From: Squalus acanthias
Taxonomy: Eukaryota
Reading direction: 5' to 3'
Assembly (NCBI GenBank): GCA_030390025.1
Contig: CM059432.1
Span: 60,762,001-60,826,000, forward strand
DNA: 64,000 nucleotides
The notes beneath the pieces are model-generated. The model did not search any database. It worked only from the letters and a program-made list of their open reading frames with translations, and was not told where the DNA came from. Each line of letters begins with the position of its first letter. Within the stretch, counting starts at the first letter, position 1. This document shows positions 27,688 through 38,600 of the stretch, piece by piece. A program made the position numbers and the translations under genes.

Positions 27688-30600
27688 TAGAATCATAGAA
27701 TGGTTACAGCACGGAAGGAGGCCATTTGGCCTGTCGAGCCCATGCCAGCTCTCTGCAAGAGCACTTCAGCTAGTCCCAATCCCTGCCCTTTCCCCGTAGC
27801 CCTGCAAATTTTTTTCCTTCAGGTACTTATCCAACTCCTTTTTGAAAACCGTGATTGAGTCTGCCTCCACCACCCTTTCAGGCAGTGCATTCCAGATCCT
27901 AACCACTCGCTGAGTAAAAATGTTTTTCCTCATGTTGCCTTTGGACCTTCTGCCAATCACTTTAAATTTGTGTCCTCTGGTTCTCGACACTTCTGCAATG
28001 GGAACAGTTTCTCTCTATCTACACTGTCCAGACCCCTCATGATTTTGAACACCTCTATCAAATCTGCTCTCAATCTTCTCTGCTCTAAGAAGAACAACCC
28101 CAGCTTCTCCAGTCTATCAACGTAACTGAAGTCCTTCATCCCTGGAATCATTCTGGTAAATCTTTTCTGCACCCTCTCTAAGGCCTTCACATCCTTCCTA
28201 AATTGCGGTGCCCAGAATTGGACACAGTACTCCAGTTCAGGCCGAACCAGTGGTTTATACAGGTTCATCAGAATTTCCACGCTTTTGTACTCTCTACCTC
28301 TATTCATGGAGCCCAGGATCCCGTAAGCTTTTTTAACTGCTTTCTCAACCTGCCCTGTCACCTTCAACGATTTGTGCACACATACCCCTAGGTCTTTCTG
28401 TTCATGCACCCCCTTTAGGATTGTACCTTTTAGTTTATATTTTCTCTCTTCATTCTTTCTACCAAAATGTATCACTTTGCACTTTTCTGCATTAAATTTC
28501 ATCTGCCACGTGTCCACCCATTCCACCAGCCTGTCTACATCCCCTTGAAGTCTATCACTCTCCTTCTCACTGTTCACTGTAAGTTTTGTGTCATCTGCAA
28601 ATTTTGAAATTGTGCCCTGTATACCCAAGTCCAAGTCATTAATATATATCAAGAAAAGCAGTGGTCCTAGAACCGACCCCTGGGGAACACCTTCAGTCCG
28701 AAAAACAACCGTTCACCACTACTCTCTGTTTCCTGTCACTTAGCCAATTTGGTATCCATGTTGCCACTGTCCCTTTTATTCCATAGGCTTCAACTTTGCT
28801 GGCAAGCCTATTATGTGGCACTTTGTTGAACGCCTTTTGGAAATGCATGCACACCACGTCAACCACATTGCCCTCATCAACCCCTCTCTGTTACCTCATC
28901 AAAAAACTCGATCAAGTTGGCAAAGTGTCAAGTTGTATTCAAAACTGGCTCGGAGACAGGAAGCAGAGGGTAATGGTTGATGGGTGTTTTTGTGACTGGA
29001 AGGCTGTTTCCAGTGGGGTTCTGCAGGGCTCAGTACTAGGTCCCTCGCTTTTTGTGGTATATATCAATGATCTTGACTTGAATATAGGGGGTATGATTAA
29101 GAAGTTTGCAGATGATACTAAAATCGGCTGTGTGGTTGATACTGAAGAAGGAAGCTGTAAACTGCAGGAAGATATCAATAAATTGGTCAGGTGGGCAGAA
29201 CAGTGGCAAATGGAATTCAATCCGGAGGAGTGTGAGGTAATGCATTTGGGGAGGGCTAACAAGGAAAGGGAATACACATTAAATGGTAGGACACTGAGTA
29301 GTGTAGAGGAACAAAGGGACCTTGGAGTGCATGTCCACAGATCCCTGAAGGTAGCAGGCCAAGTAGATAAGGTGGTTAAGAAGGAATACGGAATGCTTGC
29401 CTTTATTAGCCGTGGCATAGAATACAAGAGCAGGGGGGTTATGCTTCAACTGTATAAAACACTAGTTAGGCCTCAGCTAGAGTACTGCGTGCAGTTCTGG
29501 TCACCACATTACAGGAAAGATGTGATTGCATGAGAGAGGGTACAGAGGAGATTTACAAGGATGTTGCCGGGAGTAGAGAATCTTAGCTATGAGGAAAGAC
29601 TGGATAGGCTGGGTCTGTTTTCCTTGGAACAGAGGAGGCTGAGGGGAGACCTTATTGAGGTGTATAAAATTATGAGGGGCATAGATAAAGTGGATACAGA
29701 GGGCCTATTTCCCTTAGCAGAGGGGTCAAAAACCAGGGGGCACAGATTTAAAGTAATTGGTGGAAGGTTTAGAGGGGATTTGAGGGGAAATTTCTTCACC
29801 CAGAGGGTTGTGGGGGTCTGGAACTCACTGCCTGAAAGGGTGGTAGAGGCAGGAACCCTAACCACATTTAAAAAGTACTTGGATGTGCACTTGGGATGCT
29901 CTAACCTGCAGGGCTACGGACCAAGAGCTGGGAAGTGGGATTAGGCTGGATAGCTCTTTGTTGGCCGGCGCGGACACGATGGGCCAAAATGGCCTCCTTC
30001 CATGCTGTAACTTTCTATGATTCTATGAAACACGATTTGCCTTTAACAAATCCGTGCTGGCTTTCCTTAATTAATCAACAATTGTCCAAGTGACTGTTAA
30101 TTTTGTCCCTGATTATTGTTTCTAAAAGCTCCACTCCCGAGGTTAAACTGACTGGCCTGTACTTGCTGGGTTTATCTTTACACCCTTTTTTGAACAAGGG
30201 TGTGACATTTGCAATTCTCCAGTCCTCTGGCACCACCCCCAGTTCTAAGGAGGATTGGAATATTATGGCCAATACCTCTGCGATTTCTTCCTTCACTTCC
30301 CTCAGCGTCCTAGGATGCATCTCATCTGGTCCTAGTGACTTATCTACTTTAAGTACAGCCAGCCTTTCTAGTACCTCCTCTTAATCAATTTTTATCCCAT
30401 CCAGTATCTCCTCTACCTCCTCCTTCATATGTCTATGGCAGTATCTTCTTCCTTGGTGAAGACAGATGCAAAGTACTCATTTAGTACCTCAGCCATACCC
30501 TCTGCCTCCATGCGTCGGTCTCCTTTTTGGTCCCTAATCGGCCCCATCCCTCCTCTTACCACCTGTTTAATATTTATATGCCTATAGAAGACTTTTGGAT

Positions 30601-33113
30601 TCCCTTTTATGTTAGCTGCCATTCTATGCTCATACCCTTCTTTGCCCCTCTTATTTTCTTTTTCACTTCTCTGAACTTTCTATATTTAGCCTTATTCTCA
30701 GATGTATTCTCGACCTGACATCTGTCATACGCGCTCTTTTTCTGCTTCATCTTACTCTCTATCTCTTTCGTCATCCAGGGAGCTCTGACTTTAGTTGCCC
30801 TACCTTTCTCCTAGTGGGAATGTACCTTGACTGTACCTGAACTATTTCCTCTTTAAAGGCAGCCCATTGTTCCATTACAGTTTTGCCTGAAAATCTTTGA
30901 TTCCAGTTTACCCGGGCCAGATCCATTCTCATCCCACTGAAATTGGCCTTCCTCCAATTAAGTATTTTTACTCTAGATTGCTCCCTGTCCTTTTTCATAG
31001 CTAATTTAAACCTTATGATACTATGATCACTGTTCCCTAAATGTTCACCTACTGACACTTGCTCCACTTGACCTACCTCATTCCCCAGAACCAGATCCAG
31101 CAATGCCTCCTTTCTCATTGGGCCGGATACATACCGATCAAGAAAGTTCTCCTGAACACACTTAAGAAATTCTTCCCCATCTCTGCCCTTTACACTATTA
31201 CTATCCCAGTATATATTAGGATAGTTGAAGTCCCCCATTATCACTACTCTATAGTTCTTGCATTTCTCTGTAATTTCTCTGCACATTTGCTCCTCTACAT
31301 CTTTCCCACTAGTTGGTGGCCTATAGAATACACCTAGTAGTGTAATGGCACCTCTAGTATTTCTTAACTCTAGCCAAATAGATTCTGTCCTTGACCCCAC
31401 CAGGACATTCTCCCTCTCCAGCACTGTAACATTCTCCTTAACGAATACTGCCACACCACCTCCTATCTTTCCTTCCCTAGCTTTCCTGAACACCTTATAT
31501 CCAGGAATATTTAATACTCAATCCTGTCCTTTTTTGAGCCAGGTCTCCGTTATTGCTATGACATCGTATTCCCATGTGGCTATTTGCGCCTGCAGCTCAC
31601 CAACCTTGTTTACTATGCTTCGCGTGTTCACATACATACACTGCAAACCTATATTACACCATGCTGTGTTCTCTCTTAGTCTGACCCCACCTAATACCTT
31701 ACTATTTCTTGCTTTAGTGCTATCCGTCTCTCCCTATCCTTTGTGCCATTTGTTTCTCCTTTCTAATGCCACATCCTGGTGCCCATCCCCCTGCCAACTT
31801 AATTTAAACCCTCCCCAACAGCACTAGCAAACCTCCCCGCAAGGATATTTGTACCAGCTCTGTTGAGGTGCAACCTGTCCGGCCTGTACAGGTCCCACCT
31901 CCCCCAGAACCGGCCCCAATGCCCCAGGAATCTGAAGCCCTCCCTCCTGCTCCATCTCTCTAGCCATGCATTCATCTGCTCTATCCTTCTATTTCTATAC
32001 TCTCTCGCACTGGGAGTAATCCAGATATTACTACCTTTGAGGTCCTGCTTTTTAATCTCTTTCCTAGCTCCCTGAAATCTGCCTGCAAGACCTCATCCCT
32101 CTTTCTACCTATGTCGTTGGTACCAATATGGATCACGACCTCTGGCTGTTCATCCTCCCTCCTCAGAATGTTCTGCAGCCGCTCAGTAACATCCTTGACC
32201 CTGGCACCAGGGAGGCAACATACCATCCTGGAATCACGTCTGCAGCCGCAGAAACGCCTGCCTGCTCCCCTAACTATCGAATCCCCTACCACTATTGCTT
32301 TCCCTATCTTACTCCTCCCCCCCCCTGTACAGCTGAGCCACCCGTGGTGGCATAGACTTGGCTCTGGCTGTACTCCCCAGAGTAACCATCGCCCTTACCA
32401 GTACTCAGAACAGAATACTGCTTGGAGAGCGAGATGCACTCAGGGGACTCCTGCACTACCTGCCTGGTCCTCCTCTTCTGTCTGGCGGTCACCCATTCCC
32501 TCTCTGCCTGCACACTCCTTAGCTGCGGGGTGACCACCTCCTGAAATGTGCTATCCACGTAGCTCTCAGCCTCGCGGATGCACCGCAGTAATGCCAACTG
32601 CTGCTCAAGCTCCGAAACCCGGAGCTCAAGCTCCTCCAGTTGACGACATTTCCTCCACACGTGGTTGTCCAGGACATGGGAAGCATCCTGGATTTCCCAC
32701 ATGGCACAGGATGCGCATTCTGCGGGACTGAGCTGTCCTGCCATGTCTTTATTTATTCAACTATTAACTAACTTTACAGAAACTTAAGACTAAGATGTAC
32801 CTAATTCAAGTTATTAATATAATATATTATTAACAGTTACTAATTTAATATACTATTAACAGTTACTAATCTCCAAGCTCCTGCTTTATCCCTAACCAGC
32901 TATTTAACCCTGGCCCCTAACTTGAAGAGCCCCTCTCCGACCGCGCTGTTTAGCAGAACTTAGCAGAAATAGACTTAAAACTTAAAAAAAACACTCACCA
33001 GCTACTCACCAATCAGCTCCTTCCCTTGTGCTGACATCACTTTAGGTTTTTTACTCTGACGTCACTCTTTCAAATTCTGCCTGTGTTGAGTTACTCCGCT
33101 CTCACCGCACTCT
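27688..33113 (-). mobile_element. Near full-length CR1 LINE: 5' UTR, ORF1 (zinc finger/leucine zipper and SGNH esterase), ORF2 (APE endonuclease and RT); decayed
   Basis: ORF1 has CASCAMW..RKCRQLEELELRVSELE and GDSIVRG...HIGTND. ORF2 has YRPP, MGDFNYP, LDLVL, SDH and KFADDTK. TAGAATCATAGAAT tail. Confidence 0.93.
28919..30027 (+). mobile_element. 5'-truncated CR1 nested in the minus-strand CR1
   Basis: RT ORFs 28796-29533 and 29561-29944; (TTCTATGA)2 tail. The host CR1 resumes at AAACACGATTTGCC. Confidence 0.9.
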
Positions 33114-34243
33114 TTATCCCTGCTTAGCTCTCGATCCGCTTCCGCTCAGGTCCGCTCCTTCTGGTCTCGGGCCTGCCCTCGCCATGCTTATTATCCCCGC
33201 TCAGCTCTCGATCCGCTCCCTCTCAGGTCCGCTCCTTCTGGTCTCGTGCCTGCCCTCGCCATGCTTATTATCCCCGCTCAGCTCTCGATCCGCTCCCTCT
33301 CAGGTCCGCTCCTTCTGGTCTCGGGCCTGCCCTCGCCATGCTTATTATCCCCGCTCAGCTCTCGATCCGCTCCCGCTCAGGTCCGCTCCTTCTGGTCTCG
33401 GGCCTGCCCTCGCCATGCTTATTATCCCCGCTCAGCTCTCGATCCGCTCCCTCTCAGGTCCGCTCCTTCTGGTCTCGGGCCTGCCCTCGCCATGCTTATT
33501 ATCCCCGCTCAGCTCTCGATCCGCTCCCTCTCAGGTCCGCTCCTTCTGGTCTCGGGCCTGCCCTCGCCATGCTTATTATCCCCGCTCAGCTCTCGATCCG
33601 CTCCCGCTCAGGTCCGCTCCTTCTGGTCTCGGGCCTGCCCTCGCCATGCTTATTATCCCCGCTCAGCTCTCGATCCGCTCCCTCTCAGGTCCGCTCCTTC
33701 TGGTCTCGGGCCTGCCCTCGCCATGCTTATTATCCCCGCTCAGCTCTCGATCCACTCCCTCTCAGGTCCGCTCCTTCTGGTCTCGGGCCTGCCCTCGCCA
33801 TGCTTATTATCCCCGCTCAGCTCTCGATCCGCTCCCACTCAGGTCCGCTCCTTCTGGTCTCGGGCCTGCCCTCGCCATGCTTATTATCCCCGCTCAGCTC
33901 TCGATCCGCTCCCTCTCAGGTCCGCTCCTTCTGGTCTCGGACCTGCCCTCGCCATGCTTATTATCCCCGCTCAGCTCTCGATCCGCTCCCGCTCAGGTCC
34001 GCTCCTTCTGGTCTCGGGCCTGCCCTCGCCATGCTTATTATCCCCGCTCAGCTCTCGATCCGCTCCCGCTCAGGTCCGCTCCTTCTGGTCTCGGGCCTGC
34101 CCTCGCCATGCTTATTATCCCCGCTCAGCTCTCGATCCGCTCCCGCTCAGGTCCGCTCCTTCTGGTCTCGGGCCTGCCCTCGCCATGCTTATTATCCCCA
34201 CTCAGCTCTCGATCCGCTCCCTCTCAGGTCCGCTCCTTCTGGT
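33114..34243. repeat. 77-bp GC-rich tandem repeat, about 14.5 near-identical copies
   Basis: Unit CTCAGCTCTCGATCCGCTCCC(T/G)CTCAGGTCCGCTCCTTCTGGTCTCGGGCCTGCCCTCGCCATGCTTATTATCCCCG; ATGs recur at 33184, 33261 and 33338. Confidence 0.97.
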
Positions 34244-34558
34244 AGATAAACCTCAGTTGATTTTCACTGCTGCTCACAGAGAGATGCTGCAGCGTCCATT
34301 CAGTGTCTTCCTGCCTACTGCGGTTCACATCAAGAATTACCCTCCCCCACTCTGCGGAACTAAGTGTTAATGTTCCAGCACACAGTGCCACCGTGCTGCC
34401 CCTTCCCATTACACACTTTATTATTATTTTTTGTACATTTTAACGTATTCTGGTAAACCTTTGTCTGCGGATAATCTTCTGTTTTTGTCTCAAGACACTA
34501 ATAATGAAGCTGCTTTCTATGTTACAATTGTTACATCCACCTCTTCTGTGGTATTCAG

Positions 34559-35663
34559 GTTGGGTATAACACAAGAAGAAGCTATGAAGCTGGAATCAGT
34601 AAAAGATTCTTTTGAAAATCAAGACAGCCATTCACTTTCAGCACAACACATCATATCAGGGCCCTGTCAGATCACATCTGGTAGTAAACGTGAAAACAAA
34701 GGAAATCTTGTGCCTTATACAGATCTAAAGCAAACACAATTAATCATACAGCAAATCCCAACCAAAGAACCATCCAAAACTGCGAAAGAGGAGGATATAC
34801 TAATATCCTTGTGCTCAGACATTACCTCAGACGAATCTGTTATTCAGGAAGAGATAGCAGAAGAAGTTGAACCGAATATTTGTGGAAGTCATGATGAAAA
34901 CAAACCTCCTGAGTCTAATACCTCTGACATTGATCAGTCTTGCCTGCGTAGCCCTGAAAAGGCAGAACAAGAGATATCGGCAGATGACTTGAAGCCTGTT
35001 CTCATTACACAAAGTATCAAGGAGTTTGAGTCCCAATCTGAGCACACTGTAGATCCACAGACGCCTTCCCCGGGGATATCTAGCATTTCTTTCCAACTAC
35101 TTACTTCCACTTCTACACCTTCTCAACTTTCTGATTCCTTTGATGCATCTAACAGTGACATATGTGAGCCGGCGCCTAACACAAGTAATGAGGAGAGTAC
35201 CCTAGAGCAGTGTAGTGCCCCTATGTGCTCAGAATCTTCATCTTATTGTGAGGAGCTTGAGGCTGTTACGAATAACCCCGATTCTCCAGAGGGAAATACA
35301 CAGTGCACATCTCAGCAACCACATACCACTGCATGCTCTGAAACCTCCGTACTGTCTGAGCTTTCTGAAACTGAGAACAAAGACCCTGAAAACCAACCAA
35401 GGACATTGCAGTACATCTCTCAGCCACTGCCACGGACATCCACACCCTCAGACTCTTTCACATCATCTTCCGAGGGAGTTAGAAATGACAACAAAGACCT
35501 TGAGTTACAAAAGAGAAAACCATTAGAACAGCACGTTCTGGAGATCTGTCACGAGAAAAGGCCTAGAATTGAAAATGACCAGTCCTTTCGGACTCTACCC
35601 AGCAGGTCTCAAAGTGAAAAAGAGATGCCTACAAAAGAAGAGCCAAAGGTCCCACCTATCAAG
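34559..35663 (+). CDS. ASXL3: ASXL3 penultimate coding exon (1105 nt), Ser/Glu/Pro-rich, ending KRPRIENDQSFR...KEEPKVPPIK
   Basis: Acceptor attcAG|GTTGGGT gives (K)LGITQEEAMKL; donor ATCAAG|GTacat. Lies inside ORF 34431-35816. EEPKVPPIK begins the ASXM1 region. Confidence 0.93.
35583..35591 (+). promoter_or_regulatory. Candidate +1 programmed ribosomal frameshift site UCC_UUU_CGG
   Basis: In-frame codons S-F-R (CAG TCC TTT CGG). It sits in the same QSFR context as the ASXL1 UCC_UUU_CGU site and is a one-base variant of the influenza PA-X shift site. Confidence 0.7.
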
Positions 35664-38600
35664 GTACATTACATAGAAAAAAATAAGCCAAAGTGTAACC
35701 TAGATACTTTTATTATATTTCTAGACAGTAATTGTTTTTATACTCACAATAAGTCAAACTGCATTAGTTTACCTTTATATCTCCTTGGATTTACACCTGC
35801 GCCTTTGCCCTGGTAGCCTATTTGAGATTTTTTTTTTTGTGAAGAAAATGTTATCATAAGTGATAAAACAAAAATAAAAGTTTTTTTCAAATCAAATCAC
35901 CAGTAAGTATCTAAAAATTCTTAATATTATCAATACAGTCTACAGCGTTTTATCTGGACCACATTATCAGATTGCATTCATTGAAGATGGTATTTAAGGG
36001 ACTTTTACTCAGAAAAAAACTCTGATAGCTAAGGCCTAAACACCAGAGTTTAATTAACTGTGTGCTCCAACATCTGACTTTATTCAATAATAGAAATAAA
36101 TGTATCATAAGTGAGAATTGGCATCCACAAAATATTGTACAGATGTATTAATTGTCTTGTAATGAGCATGACAGTCAAGTTCAATTTAATTATTTTTGAG
36201 AAAGTTCTCAACTATCATTTAGATAATGGTTTTGAAGAGTATTTAATGAGGCAATGCTGTATCAGTTTGACGAGTAGACAGAGAAGCCTTTCTGAGTACT
36301 ATTAGCTTATTCTATAAAAGTGAATTAGTTGTCCGGTATGAATAATTGCTACAATATATGACAAGACGGGGACAATTTTTGAAAAATGTATAAATATTAA
36401 CATAAAACTGTAGCAATTCATCAGACACGAACTGGACCAAGATTAACAGCTGAAGTGGTGTCTGTCATAGGGTTTCCACCTGCCCAGTTTTTCACTGGCA
36501 CAGCTATTGTTTTGAAGTTGCTGCGGCTTGCTAGTTGAAAGTTTTAGCTGGCGGTACAGTCGACATTTTTTGTAACATTGCATATTTTTTTAATAAGGCT
36601 GCTATGTGGTGGTCAAGCCTGTCAACAGTGGCAATTTCAAAATCCGTGAAGACCACTGCAGAACAAAAAAAGAATTTTCACAGTTAATTGGAGGTTCAGT
36701 TCTACAGCCAATAAGATAAAGTACCAGCAGAGGCCCCCTGTTTTATTTACTTGAAGTCTCTTTGCAAATTTTACCCGGTAATCTCCTGGAATCGGGCATT
36801 GCTGGTAGCAACCCTTTGCGCTTTAAATTTCCCGCCGCGGCAGCAGTCACCCCACTCCGTGACGTCACCGACTGCCACCGCAGAAAAGCCTCCAGCTAGA
36901 GTGAACAGGGACTAGGGGCAGGGTATTGAGGCTCGGGAGTGGCGATTGGGTGGTGGGGTGGGGGTGACTAAAAAAAATAATAAAGAGAGTGAAGATGAAT
37001 TATGAGAGTAAACTAGCAAGAAATATTAAAACAGATAGTAAGAGCTTCTACAGGTATATAAAAGAGAGTAGCTAAAGTAAACGTTGGTTCCTCAGAGGAT
37101 GAGACTAGGGAATTAATAATAGGGAACGGGGAAATAGCAGAGACTCTGAACAAATATTTTGTATCTGTCTTCACAGTAGAAGACACTAACAACATCCCAA
37201 TAATGGGCAATCAAGGGGCCACAGGGAGGGGGGAACTCACCTTGCATACTTACCACTCCACACTTGCACCCATCACTCATCTCTACACCTTACTTCCAGG
37301 TGCCTCCGACCACCGCAGACCTCCTCCACGTCTCCTCCAACCCGGCGGGGTTCTCCGAGGTCAGGAAGCCTTCACCTGTGATGGTAAAATGGCACTAATC
37401 CTTTTTTATGCCTGTTAACAGGCAGTTAAAAGGATTAAATGCCTTTCCCGCCTCCAGGAGATGGGACCCGAAGCTGCACATCTTCCTGCCTCCTGGCAAA
37501 AGGGCACGGAGGCGGGATGGGGGCAGCTTTGCCATCCGCCCCCACTTTCTCCGAATTTACCAGCTGTCCTGCCTCCATGAGGCTTGGAAAATCCAGCCCA
37601 TAGAGTACAAAAGTGTGGAAATTAAGATGAACCTGTATAAAACACTGGTTCGGCCCCAACTGGAATACTGTGTCCAATTCTGGGCACCACACTTTAGGAA
37701 GGATGTGAAGGTCTTAGAGAGGGTGCAGAAAAGATTTACGAGAATGATTCCAGGAATGAGGGACTTCAGTTAGGATGATAGACTGGAGAAGCTGGGGTTG
37801 TTCTCCTTGGAGCAGCGAAGATTGAGAGGAGATTTGATAGAGGTATTCAAAATAATGGGGGGTCTGGACAGTGTAGATAGAGGGAAACTGTTCCCTTTGG
37901 CAGAAGGGTCGAGAACCAGAGGACACAGATTTAAGGTGATTGGCAGAAGAACCAAAGACGACGTAAGAAAAATCTTTTTTATGCAGCGAGTGGTTAAGAT
38001 CTGGAATGCACTGCCTGAAAGGATGGTGGAGGCAGATTCAATCACTGCTTTCAAAAGGGAGTTGGATAAGTATCTGCAGGAAAGAAATTTGCAGGGCTAC
38101 GGGGAAAGGGCAGGGGTGTGGGACTAGCTGAAGTGCTCTAGCGGAGAGCCGGCACAGGCTCGAAGGGTCGAATGGCCGCCTTCCGTGCTGTAACTAACTA
38201 AAGACAATCACTATCACTAAGGAAAAAGTACTTGGTAAAATAATGGGACTAAAAGACGACAAGTCCCCTGGACCAGATGGCCTGCATCCCAGGGTCTTAA
38301 AAGAAGTGGCTGCAGAGATAGTGGATGCATTGGTTGCAAAATACCAAAATTCCCTGGACTCTGGAGAGGTCCCAGCGGATTGGAAAACCGCAAATGTAAC
38401 ACCCCTATTTAAGAAAGGAGGGAGACAGAAAGCAGGAAACTATAGACCAGTCAGCCTAACACCTGTCGTTGGGAAAATGCTGGAGTCCTTCATTAAGGAA
38501 GCAGTAGCAGGGAATTTGGAAAATTATAATGCAGTCAAGCAGAGTCAGCATGGTTTTATAAAAGGGAAATCATGTTTAACAAATTTGCTGGAGTTCTTTG

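Noticed and set aside
33114..34243. CRISPR-like array
   Set aside because: Head-to-tail repeats without unique spacers, eukaryotic context and no cas genes.
33184..34370. Three long overlapping ORFs (303-374 aa)
   Set aside because: They arise from a stop-free 77-bp tandem repeat cycling through all frames; there is no sign of a real protein.
34431..34558. N-terminal part of the 461-aa ORF, and its tail 35664-35816
   Set aside because: Intronic read-through outside the AG (34557-34558) and GT (35664-35665) splice sites.
35575..35577. ATG in the +1 frame just upstream of the shift site as an independent TF start
   Set aside because: It lies deep inside the mRNA behind many AUGs with no visible promoter, so it is unlikely, though not formally excluded. 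The ATG at 52306 is intronic.
35604..35611. AGGTCTCA resembling the ASXL2/arterivirus RG_GUC_UCU -2 shift site
   Set aside because: It is out of phase with the zero frame (AGC AGG TCT CAA) and an imperfect match.
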